This document shows, one piece after another, positions 32,066 to 38,440 of a DNA stretch of 39,144 nucleotides. Position numbers and translations under genes: made by a program. The notes under the pieces were generated by a model, which did not search any database, was not told where the DNA came from, and saw nothing but the letters and a program-made list of their open reading frames with translations. This DNA is from a virus: the IMG/VR virus record IMGVR_UViG_3300005454_000004, positions 1 to 39,144 of that record, one strand, 5' to 3'. How positions within the stretch are numbered: position 1 is the first letter of the stretch; each line of letters starts with the position of its first letter.

Positions 32066-32958
32066 GCCGGATCGGTTTCCTTGGCGAACGCGCCCTTGTA
32101 GAGTTGGCCCGGCTCGTAGGGGATGCCGCGCGCCGCGCGGTCCTCGGTCTCGTCCAGCTGCCAGGGCATGGCCTCGGCCCAGTGGATGCGCTGGTCGTGC
32201 CCGGGCCAGTGGTTCGAGGCGAGGCATTCGCGCCACGTGCGGACCGCGTAGTCGACGTCCTGCGCGGCGACGGCCTGGAGCGATGGCCCGCAGCCATGGA
32301 AGCTGCAGCTGTGCGGGGCGCGCGTCTCCTGCGCCACGAAGATGAACTTGGGCCGGTGGCCGAAGAGCGCCTGGATGCCGCGCGAATAGAACTCGTCCTG
32401 GATGTGATAGCCCATGCGCGCGATCTGGCGCGAAAAGGCACCCGGCGTGGCATCGGTCGTGGTCTTGTAGTCGAGGGCCACGCGCTCGCCGCCGGCGAGG
32501 AAGTCGGGCCGCGCGCGGCACATGACCCCTTGCTCTTCCCAGATGAGGACGTGCTCGGCGCGGCCGTTGGTGAGGGTCAAGCCGCTCAGCTGCCCGCACT
32601 GGGTGATCGCGAGCACCGCGGCGTCGCGCATCTTGAGGACGTCGGGGTAGCGCGCGGCGAGGATCGGGTGCTTCCCGGCCTTGCGCGCCTCGTCGCGGGC
32701 GGTGCGGGCGTCCTTCGTGCGCCAGTCCGGCGCGTCGACCACGACCATGCGGTCCTCGCCCTCGAAGAGGAGCGCGTGCGTGGCCTGCCCGATGTCGAAG
32801 GCCTCCTTCTCCTCGGGCTCGTAGTTCGGGTTCAGCGCCGCGCACTCCGTCCAGGCGTGCAGCGGCGACTGCGCGATCATCACCTTCGCGAGCGAGTGCG
32901 AGAGGTAGGGGAGGCGGTGATACTCCTCCGCCGACATCTTGTAGATGCCCGGGCTCAT
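32062..32958 (-). CDS. PD-(D/E)XK exonuclease (RecE/exonuclease VIII-like, DUF3799-type), 298 aa
   Basis: N-terminus MSPGIYKMSAEEYHRLPYLSHSLAKVM and core VALDYKTTTDA, typical of this family. The upstream extension of the track ORF is Arg-rich shadow sequence. Confidence 0.75.
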   Translation of the reverse strand: MSPGIYKMSAEEYHRLPYLSHSLAKVMIAQSPLHAWTECAALNPNYEPEEKEAFDIGQATHALLFEGEDRMVVVDAPDWRTKDARTARDEARKAGKHPILAARYPDVLKMRDAAVLAITQCGQLSGLTLTNGRAEHVLIWEEQGVMCRARPDFLAGGERVALDYKTTTDATPGAFSRQIARMGYHIQDEFYSRGIQALFGHRPKFIFVAQETRAPHSCSFHGCGPSLQAVAAQDVDYAVRTWRECLASNHWPGHDQRIHWAEAMPWQLDETEDRAARGIPYEPGQLYKGAFAKETDPA

Positions 32959-33152
32959 GCGCGGCACGCCGGACAAAGCGTTCGATAGCCGCGGGCGCCG
33001 CAGCCTTGGCAGAAGCAGTCGTCGGCCACGCGCGCGCCGGCGTTCTCCTCGGCCTCGCGCTCCTTGCGGAACCGCTCGAGGATCTCGGCCTTGGAGTTCA
33101 GCCACTCGACCGCGGACTCGTGCGGCTTCTGAGGAATGCGATGGACGCTCAT
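32955..33152 (-). CDS. Small protein with a C-terminal Cys cluster (65 aa)
   Basis: MSVHRIPQKPHESAVEWLNSKAEILERF...CFCQGCGARGYRTLCPAC. ATGA overlaps at both ends. Confidence 0.5.
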   Translation of the reverse strand: MSVHRIPQKPHESAVEWLNSKAEILERFRKEREAEENAGARVADDCFCQGCGARGYRTLCPACRA

Positions 33153-33364
33153 TTGAACCACCACCAGGCGAGCGCGAGTCCGACGGCGACGATCGGCCAC
33201 GCCTTGTCCTGGATGCGCCGGCGAAGGCTGCGGCGCTCCACGAAGAATTCCGGCTCGCGCTGGAGCGCGCGCGCCTCGGGGGAGGGGCTCATGACGGGGG
33301 TCTCCTGGGTGGTGCGAAACAGGCGCCGGCGGATGCCGGGGATCGCGGGGCCGCGGTAGCTCAT
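33149..33364 (-). CDS. Small protein with a C-terminal TM segment (71 aa)
   Basis: Internal ATG. C-terminus WPIVAVGLALAWWWFK. ATGA overlaps at both ends. Confidence 0.45.
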   Translation of the reverse strand: MSYRGPAIPGIRRRLFRTTQETPVMSPSPEARALQREPEFFVERRSLRRRIQDKAWPIVAVGLALAWWWFK

Positions 33365-33540
33365 TCGGTCCTCCGGTTCTCGACGAAGGCGCACTGGTCG
33401 CAGAAGTAGGGCTGCATGGGGTTGTGCGTCGGCGGCCGCGTCCACGGCGCGCGCTCGGCCGTGCTGAAGTCCTGCGCACAGGCGACGCAGAAATACTGGA
33501 AGTGCGGCGGGATCGGGACCGCCTTCAGTCGGGCCAGCAC
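33361..33540 (-). CDS. Small CxxC...CxxC zinc-ribbon protein (about 59 aa; GTG start inferred)
   Basis: FQYFCVACAQDF...PYFCDQCAF. Only the C-terminal part of track ORF 33361..33777 looks coding. The GTG at 33540 overlaps the end of the upstream ORF. Confidence 0.4.
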   Translation of the reverse strand: MLARLKAVPIPPHFQYFCVACAQDFSTAERAPWTRPPTHNPMQPYFCDQCAFVENRRTE

Positions 33541-33746
33541 ACGAACCCCGCGGCGGGAAAGGCGATGGAGCTCACGAGGCGCGACTCGATCTCCTCGGCG
33601 CACGCTTGGCGGAGCGCCGGCGACAGGCCCTCGTCGACCGCCATGGCGCGCAGCTGCGCGGTGGACCACGAGCCCAGGAAGCGGCGCATGCGGTCCACGG
33701 CGAGTTCGATTTGGCCCTCGGTCGGGGCGATGGTGCTGGGGTTCAT
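33525..33746 (-). CDS. First gene of the leftward early operon, hypothetical (73 aa)
   Basis: The ATG is preceded by AGGGAG and lies downstream of the operator/promoter cluster. Confidence 0.55.
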   Translation of the reverse strand: MNPSTIAPTEGQIELAVDRMRRFLGSWSTAQLRAMAVDEGLSPALRQACAEEIESRLVSSIAFPAAGFVCWPD

Positions 33747-33775
33747 CGTGGGCTCCCTGCCGTTGATGTGAGCCC

Positions 33776-33840
33776 ATCTTGAGACATACTTGTCTTGCCT
33801 GTCAAGACATTTGTGTCTTGGCCGAGGCGAAAACGTGTCT
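33776..33840 (-). promoter_or_regulatory. Leftward early promoter candidate with two full operators and one half-site
   Basis: Minus strand TTGACA (33805-33800)-18 nt-CAAGAT (33781-33776). AGACAtactTGTCT (33782-33795) fills the spacer. cAAGACAtttgTGTCTTg (33803-33820) overlaps the -35. There is a lone TGTCT at 33836-33840. Confidence 0.55.
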
Positions 33841-33904
33841 ACACTCCGGAATCAGGGAGTTGGCGCGTCTACTTCAGGTGCTTTTGACGATTTCCCGAAT
33901 GCTG

Positions 33905-34273
33905 CTAGGGGCAATTGGCGACGCAGCGGCGCTCGAGGCGCCATCCCTGCTCGGCGAGGCACCCGGAATAAGCGCCGTTGCCGGCCTCTCGCGCGGCGAC
34001 ATCACCGGAGGTGGTGATGGAGTAGGGCGACGCCGCTCGCTTGGCGCGCTCCTGGTCCTGGGCCTGAGCTCGCGCCTGGTCGGCGGCGGTGCGCGCACGC
34101 GGTGCACAGACCGCGCGGGCCTGCTCGAAGGGCATCGCGGGCGAAGCGGTGAAGGGAACGGGGTGCGTCTCGAAGCGTTGCGCGGTCGCGCACGCCGAGA
34201 GGGAAACGAGGGCTACTGCGGCGGTTTGCCGTAGTGCCCGAGCTCTTCCGCGGCCTGCCGGATGGTGGCCCAT
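33905..34273 (-). CDS. Lipoprotein (about 122 aa) downstream of the repressor-like gene and overlapping it
   Basis: Basic n-region RGRARALR, then TAAVALVSLSAC (lipobox LSAC). High GC3 from the signal peptide onward. The only available start (ATG 34273) overlaps the XRE gene by 61 nt. Confidence 0.5.
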   Translation of the reverse strand: MGHHPAGRGRARALRQTAAVALVSLSACATAQRFETHPVPFTASPAMPFEQARAVCAPRARTAADQARAQAQDQERAKRAASPYSITTSGDVAAREAGNGAYSGCLAEQGWRLERRCVANCP

Positions 34274-34554
34274 AGCTGGCGTTCCTTTTCGGAGACGGGC
34301 GCCAGGGCCGGCAGGTTGCGCGCGTCGATGTCGGGGATCATGAGCTGCCACAGCGACACGTCGAGTCCCTGCGCGATCTTCACCATGTTCTCGAGCGTGG
34401 GGGAGTTCTCGAGGTTCAGGATCCGGTTGAGCGTGCGCTGGTGCATCTTCGAGCGCTTCGCCAGGGCCGGTTGCTTGAGCGGCGGCTCCTCCGCGTCCAT
34501 CAACCTCTGCACGTTGTCGGCGAAGACCTTGTGGTAGTCGGTGACGTCGGCCAT
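34213..34554 (-). CDS. XRE/Cro-CI-family HTH regulator, CI-like repressor candidate (113 aa; alternative start at 34584)
   Basis: KQPALAKRSKMHQRTLNRILNLENSPTLENMVKIAQGLDVSLWQLM is an HTH_3 pattern. Divergent from a Cro-like gene across operators. No SD before either start, so the transcript may be leaderless. Confidence 0.75.
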   Translation of the reverse strand: MADVTDYHKVFADNVQRLMDAEEPPLKQPALAKRSKMHQRTLNRILNLENSPTLENMVKIAQGLDVSLWQLMIPDIDARNLPALAPVSEKERQLWATIRQAAEELGHYGKPPQ

Positions 34555-34578
34555 GGCGGCAGGGTAGCGAGCGATCAC

Positions 34579-34641
34579 GGACATGTGTGTCTTGTCGCTC
34601 GATCCCGACGGCTTGACGACAAGACATTTTTGTCTTACCGT
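34579..34641. promoter_or_regulatory. Divergent switch region: two operators plus a rightward TTGACG-17-TACCGT promoter
   Basis: GGACAtgtgTGTCT (34579-34592). AAGACAttttTGTCTT (34621-34636) lies exactly in the spacer between TTGACG (34613-34618) and TACCGT (34636-34641). The ATG at 34649 is only 7 nt after the -10. Confidence 0.6.
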
Positions 34642-34648
34642 GCGCTGC

Positions 34649-34855
34649 ATGCGAGACGCGCTATACGAATTCGCTGTTTCGGGCCTAAAAAGGCGCCGGG
34701 GACAGTGGCCGGAGATCTCCGCGGCCACCGGAATCAGCACCAAGACCATGTCCCGGATGCTGAAAGGGGTGAATAGCAACCGCCGCGACACGCTGATCGC
34801 GCTCGCCGAGCACTTCAAGGCCAATCCGGCCCCGAAAACGGTCAGGCCGCGATGA
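34649..34855 (+). CDS. Cro-like small HTH protein (68 aa), probably translated from a leaderless mRNA
   Basis: WPEISAATGISTKTMSRMLKG is an HTH. Internal ATG of track ORF 34583..34855. No room for an SD. Confidence 0.6.
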   Translation: MRDALYEFAVSGLKRRRGQWPEISAATGISTKTMSRMLKGVNSNRRDTLIALAEHFKANPAPKTVRPR

Positions 34856-34869
34856 ACCTTCGGCTGGGC

Positions 34870-35145
34870 TCATCGGGGGCGCCTGGCGGCCCGCCGCGGT
34901 ACGAGCAAATCCTGTGGCACGGCGCGCAGCGCCGCCGCGAGTGCCTCGATCGTGTCCAGGTTCGCGCCGTAGTCGGCGTTGAGCACCCGCTGGACGGTCG
35001 AGCGCGAGACGCCCGAGGCCGTGGCGAGTGCGGTCACCTTGTCGCCCATCTTCGCGAACCGCGCTTGCATGCGCTCGCGCACGTTCGCCGCGAGGATCTC
35101 GCGCAAGGCGCTCGGGGTCTTGTGGGTGGGCTTTCGGGGGTACAT
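34870..35145 (-). CDS. Second XRE-family HTH regulator (91 aa)
   Basis: VTALATASGVSRSTVQRVLNADYGANLDTIEALAAAL is an HTH_3 pattern. Internal ATG of track ORF 34870..35211. Divergent from the rightward early operon. Confidence 0.7.
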   Translation of the reverse strand: MYPRKPTHKTPSALREILAANVRERMQARFAKMGDKVTALATASGVSRSTVQRVLNADYGANLDTIEALAAALRAVPQDLLVPRRAARRPR

Positions 35146-35189
35146 GGCGCGCGCCTCAAAGATGGGCGTGAAGCCTACCGGGGTTTCTC

Positions 35190-35203
35190 GGACATTTGTG
35201 TCT
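35190..35203. promoter_or_regulatory. Fifth operator, GGACAtttgTGTCT, between the second XRE gene and the rightward early operon
   Basis: Same AGACA-N4-TGTCT architecture as the four sites at 33782, 33805, 34579 and 34622. Confidence 0.55.
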
Positions 35204-35234
35204 CGCAGCATGGCGGAGCCCGTGGGGTCGGTCG

Positions 35235-35576
35235 ATGAACGGCGACGCTACAGACCGCCCCCCGCCCCCGTCACGCCCCGTGAAGGGCGTCCTCAGGGAG
35301 CGCTTCGAGGACAAGCAGGACAAGACCATCGACGACGCCATGGGTCACGGCGAGACGTGGGCGAAGAAAATCCGCAACGGGAAGCAGGGCGTGCTGCTCG
35401 ACGAGGTGCCGAAGCTCCTCGCCGTGCTGGGGCTCAAGATCGTGAGCGCCGAGCGCATCTGCATCACGGAGGAGCAGCTCGCGCACTACAAGGCGTGCGA
35501 GACGCTCGCCACCGGGGCCCTCAAGCGCGGGCCGGTGCTCATCCAGGACTGGGATAGCCAGGAGGCGCAGCCGTGA
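35235..35576 (+). CDS. First gene of the rightward early operon; CII-like or other DNA-binding regulator candidate (113 aa)
   Basis: GETWAKKIRNGKQGVLLDEVPKLLAVLGLKIV loosely resembles the lambda CII segment SQISRWKRDWIPKFSMLLAVLEWGVV. The functional label is weak. Confidence 0.5.
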   Translation: MNGDATDRPPPPSRPVKGVLRERFEDKQDKTIDDAMGHGETWAKKIRNGKQGVLLDEVPKLLAVLGLKIVSAERICITEEQLAHYKACETLATGALKRGPVLIQDWDSQEAQP

Positions 35577-35938
35577 TCCCGCGCAAGCGCCGCGCCGTGG
35601 TGGTGAAGGTGCGCGAGGCCTCGGTGCTGCGCTCGGTGCTGGAGTTCCTGCGCTACCACCCGCGGGTCGCGAAGGCCTGGCGGCAGAACTCGGGCGCCAT
35701 GAACATCGACGGGCGCCACGTGCGCTTCACCGACGAGGTGGGGATCCCCGACATCTGCGGGTTCCTGAAGGACGGCCGCGGGCTCTACGTGGAGTGCAAG
35801 GCGCCCGGCGGCCGGCTCAGCTACTGGCAGAACCACTTCCTCGAGGCGGCGCGCAAGGCCGGGTGCGTGGCCGGGATGGTGCACTCGATCGAGGAGGCCG
35901 AAGCGCTCATCAAGGCCGCGACGGTATGGCAGGGCTGA
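35573..35938 (+). CDS. VRR-NUC domain nuclease (121 aa)
   Basis: GIPDICGFLKDGRGLYVECKAPGGRLSYWQNHF matches the PD-(D/E)XK VRR-NUC core (G-x-PD ... E-x-K ... Q). Confidence 0.8.
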   Translation: MIPRKRRAVVVKVREASVLRSVLEFLRYHPRVAKAWRQNSGAMNIDGRHVRFTDEVGIPDICGFLKDGRGLYVECKAPGGRLSYWQNHFLEAARKAGCVAGMVHSIEEAEALIKAATVWQG

Positions 35939-36240
35939 TGGAGCAGCTCGACCTGGTGCTCCTCCCGCGGGCCCGGCGCCACGACCCGGACACGAGCCAC
36001 GCGGCCGCCGCGCGCGCGATGGGCATGGCCGTGAACCACCGCAACCGGATCATGGCGGTGCTCGACCGCCCGCAGACCATCAAGGAGCTCGCGGCGCGCC
36101 TCGCCGACGTCGACCACGTCGCGGTCGCCCGGCGCATGCCCGAGCTCAAAGCGCTCCAGCTGGCCCACCCAACCGCCGAGCGCCGCGAGGGCTGCCGGGT
36201 GTGGGCGAGGGGCCCTGCGCCCGCCGAGGGGGGGCAATAG
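35938..36240 (+). CDS. Winged-helix DNA-binding protein (100 aa; alternative start at 35926)
   Basis: NRIMAVLDRPQTIKELAARLADVDHVAVARRMPELKALQLA is MarR/wHTH-like. Confidence 0.55.
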   Translation: MEQLDLVLLPRARRHDPDTSHAAAARAMGMAVNHRNRIMAVLDRPQTIKELAARLADVDHVAVARRMPELKALQLAHPTAERREGCRVWARGPAPAEGGQ

Positions 36241-36242
36241 CC

Positions 36243-36998
36243 GTGGCCGGCGACTGGATCAAGTTCGACACCGCGACCATCGACAAGCCCGAGGTGTGGA
36301 ACATCGCCGACGCGCTGAACAAGACGCCGGAGGCGGTGATCGGGCACCTCCTGAGGTTCTGGGTTTGGGCCGATCGGCAGTCCCGGGACGGTAACGCTCT
36401 TGTAACGCAGATTTCGCGCATCGACCACATCGCGAACTGCACGGGCTTCGGCGACGCGCTTTTATCCACAGGGTGGCTGGTGAAGGAAAAGGGGGGCTAC
36501 AGCATCCCGAACTTCGACCGCCACAACGGGAAAAGCGCGAAGAAACGGGCGCTTACGAAGAATCGCGTGGAGACCCACCGAGGGAAAAACGGTAACGCTC
36601 CTGTTAACGCTCACGGCGTTACGAAAGCGTTACCAGAGAAGAGAAGAGAAGTACCTATAACAAACACTGTGGTAACTAGAAAGAGGCCTGTGGATAAGCC
36701 GGCGCGCACGGCCACCACCGAAGGCCCCGCACCCTTCACCGCCCTCATGGCGAAGGCGATCGCGAAAGGCGAGGTCACGCCCGAGCTCAAGCAGCTCGAG
36801 GAATCGAGCGAGCCCACCGACCAGGTCGAACCCACCTCCCAACCCGCACCACGCGGGAACGGCCAGATCCCCGAGGACTGGGCCGAGACCACCGACGGCA
36901 TCGAACACGCCGGCCACGCGTACGGCATGCAGCGCCTCGCATTCGAGACCGACGAGGCCTACGCCCAGCGCATCGAGGCTCGGCGAGCCCTCGGATAG
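36243..36998 (+). CDS. Replisome-organizer-like replication initiation protein (251 aa)
   Basis: GTG start. N-terminus VAGDWIKFDTATIDKPEVWNIADAL...LLRFWVWADRQSRDGNAL resembles phage replisome-organizer N-terminal domains. The gene contains iterons and an AT-rich patch. Confidence 0.65.
   Translation: MAGDWIKFDTATIDKPEVWNIADALNKTPEAVIGHLLRFWVWADRQSRDGNALVTQISRIDHIANCTGFGDALLSTGWLVKEKGGYSIPNFDRHNGKSAKKRALTKNRVETHRGKNGNAPVNAHGVTKALPEKRREVPITNTVVTRKRPVDKPARTATTEGPAPFTALMAKAIAKGEVTPELKQLEESSEPTDQVEPTSQPAPRGNGQIPEDWAETTDGIEHAGHAYGMQRLAFETDEAYAQRIEARRALG
36390..36690. repeat. Candidate origin of replication: iterons plus an AT-rich, purine-repeat patch inside the replication gene
   Basis: GGTAACGCTCTTGTAACGC (36390-36408). 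GGTAACGCTCCTGTTAACGCTCACGGCGTTACGAAAGCGTTACC (36591-36634). (GAGAA)3 and a local GC drop at 36634-36685. GGTAAC again at 36671. Confidence 0.5.
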
Positions 36999-37365
36999 AC
37001 CCTCCTCGCAACCCCATTCCCCACCAACCCCTCTACGCGCGAGGCTTCCCTGAAAGCTAACCCGTTGAAGATGCTCACGAAACAGCCCTCCTGCGAGACC
37101 GAGGACCACCCCTCGTGAAGGCCAGGAATGCAGAAAATAGCACGACCGTGCCGCCGATAATATTCATTATGTCAACTACTGATTGTAATGGAATCAATGG
37201 CTTACGGCACATTCGGTGGATCGAGGGTGTCTGAGTGCCATGGTGCGAGCGCCCACTTACATCAAACTCCGGGACCACCCGGCCCCACGGACGGGGGAGT
37301 CCGAGTTGTTGCTCACCCCCTCGCCGAAATTGCAGCCCCCAACCCCCATTTTTCGGAGGCACCCC

Positions 37366-37632
37366 GTGACCCGTTCGACCACGCAGCGCTCGGCAGGTGA
37401 ATTCCTCGCGGTGATGACGGCGGAGGTGATCGGGAATGCCGACAAGGTCCTGGCGGTGATGGTGATCACGGCGTACGCGCCGCTCGACCCGAGGGAGACG
37501 CAGGCGCCGGTGGCGCTCGCGGCCTGGGGCGGCACGATTGCGGCGCAGGCGCAGCTGCTGCGCGACCTCGCGGCGCGGCTCGAGCGCGAGGCCGCGGACC
37601 CGCCGATGGAGGAGTCGAGGACGGTGCAGTGA
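37366..37632 (+). CDS. Hypothetical protein (88 aa)
   Basis: The GTG is preceded by GGAGG (37355-37359). High GC3. Its stop overlaps the J-domain gene start. Confidence 0.55.
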   Translation: MTRSTTQRSAGEFLAVMTAEVIGNADKVLAVMVITAYAPLDPRETQAPVALAAWGGTIAAQAQLLRDLAARLEREAADPPMEESRTVQ

Positions 37633-38258
37633 GTTTCGACCCCTACCAGGAGTTGGGCGTGGCGCGCGACGCCGACGAGGCCGCGATCAAGCGCGCGCAC
37701 CGGCGCAAGGCTCGGGAGCACCACCCCGACAAGGGCGGGGACGCCGCGCGCTTCCAGGTGGTGCAGCGCGCCTACGAGGTGCTCGCGGATCCGGACCGGC
37801 GGAAGCAGTTCGACGAGACCGGGAATGCCGAGCCGGTGCAGGACGCCGAGAACGCCGCGATGATGCAGCTGGCGAAGCTCGTGCTCGAGGTGGTCGACCG
37901 GGCGGACCTCGCGCGCGCCGACCTGGTCGTGGTGATGCGCGACTCGGTCGAGGCGGCGATCGCGGCGCAGCGCAAGCAGCGCGCGCAAGTCGAGCAGCGG
38001 ATCGCGCGGCAGGAGGAGGCGCTCAAGCGCTTCGTGCACAAGGGCGGCGGCGAGGACCCCATCGCGCTGATGCTCACGCAGGCGGTGGCGGCCGCGCGCG
38101 CGACCCTCCCCGGGTACGACCAGGTGATCGGCGCCTACGACAAGCTCCTCGAGGTGCTCGCCGCGTACTCCTACCGCGTGGATGAGGTGCAGTGGCCGGG
38201 CGGCTTGCAGGCGTCGCCCTTCGGCGGGATTTTCCAACACATGGGAGGGCAACGATGA
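37629..38258 (+). CDS. J-domain (DnaJ-like) protein (209 aa)
   Basis: DPYQELGVARDADEAAIKRAHRRKAREHHPDKGGDAARFQVVQRAYEVLADPDRRKQFDETG is a canonical J domain with the HPD tripeptide. There is no Gly/Phe or zinc-finger region after it. Confidence 0.85.
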   Translation: MSFDPYQELGVARDADEAAIKRAHRRKAREHHPDKGGDAARFQVVQRAYEVLADPDRRKQFDETGNAEPVQDAENAAMMQLAKLVLEVVDRADLARADLVVVMRDSVEAAIAAQRKQRAQVEQRIARQEEALKRFVHKGGGEDPIALMLTQAVAAARATLPGYDQVIGAYDKLLEVLAAYSYRVDEVQWPGGLQASPFGGIFQHMGGQR

Positions 38259-38440
38259 AGCGCGACACGTGCAGCGAATGCCAGGCGTACAACTCGCTCG
38301 CGAACGAATGCCGCCGGCACGCGCCGGTGATGGTGCCGATCCCGCAGGACGGCCGCGTGGCCTCGATGGGGCTCTATCCCGCGACCCCGAGCTCGGGCTG
38401 GTGCCTCGAGTTCATCCGCGACCCGGTGAAGGTGCAGTGA
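38255..38440 (+). CDS. Small Cys-containing protein immediately upstream of terL (61 aa)
   Basis: MKRDTCSECQAYNSLANECRRHAP...SSGWCLEF. ATGA overlap upstream and GTGA overlap with terL. Confidence 0.55.
   Translation: MKRDTCSECQAYNSLANECRRHAPVMVPIPQDGRVASMGLYPATPSSGWCLEFIRDPVKVQ

Noticed and set aside
30884-32845. A single 653-aa protein, as listed in the ORF track.
   Set aside because: The N-terminal 260 residues are Arg/Ala/Gly/Pro shadow sequence that overlaps the PD-(D/E)XK exonuclease gene in another frame. The real product starts at ATG 32065 (MSNDFTIRD...) with an ATGA overlap.
33361-33777. A single 138-aa protein.
   Set aside because: The N-terminal two-thirds is Arg/Pro/Gly/His-rich and overlaps the better 73-aa ORF (33525..33746), which has an RBS. 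Only the C-terminal zinc-ribbon part looks coding.
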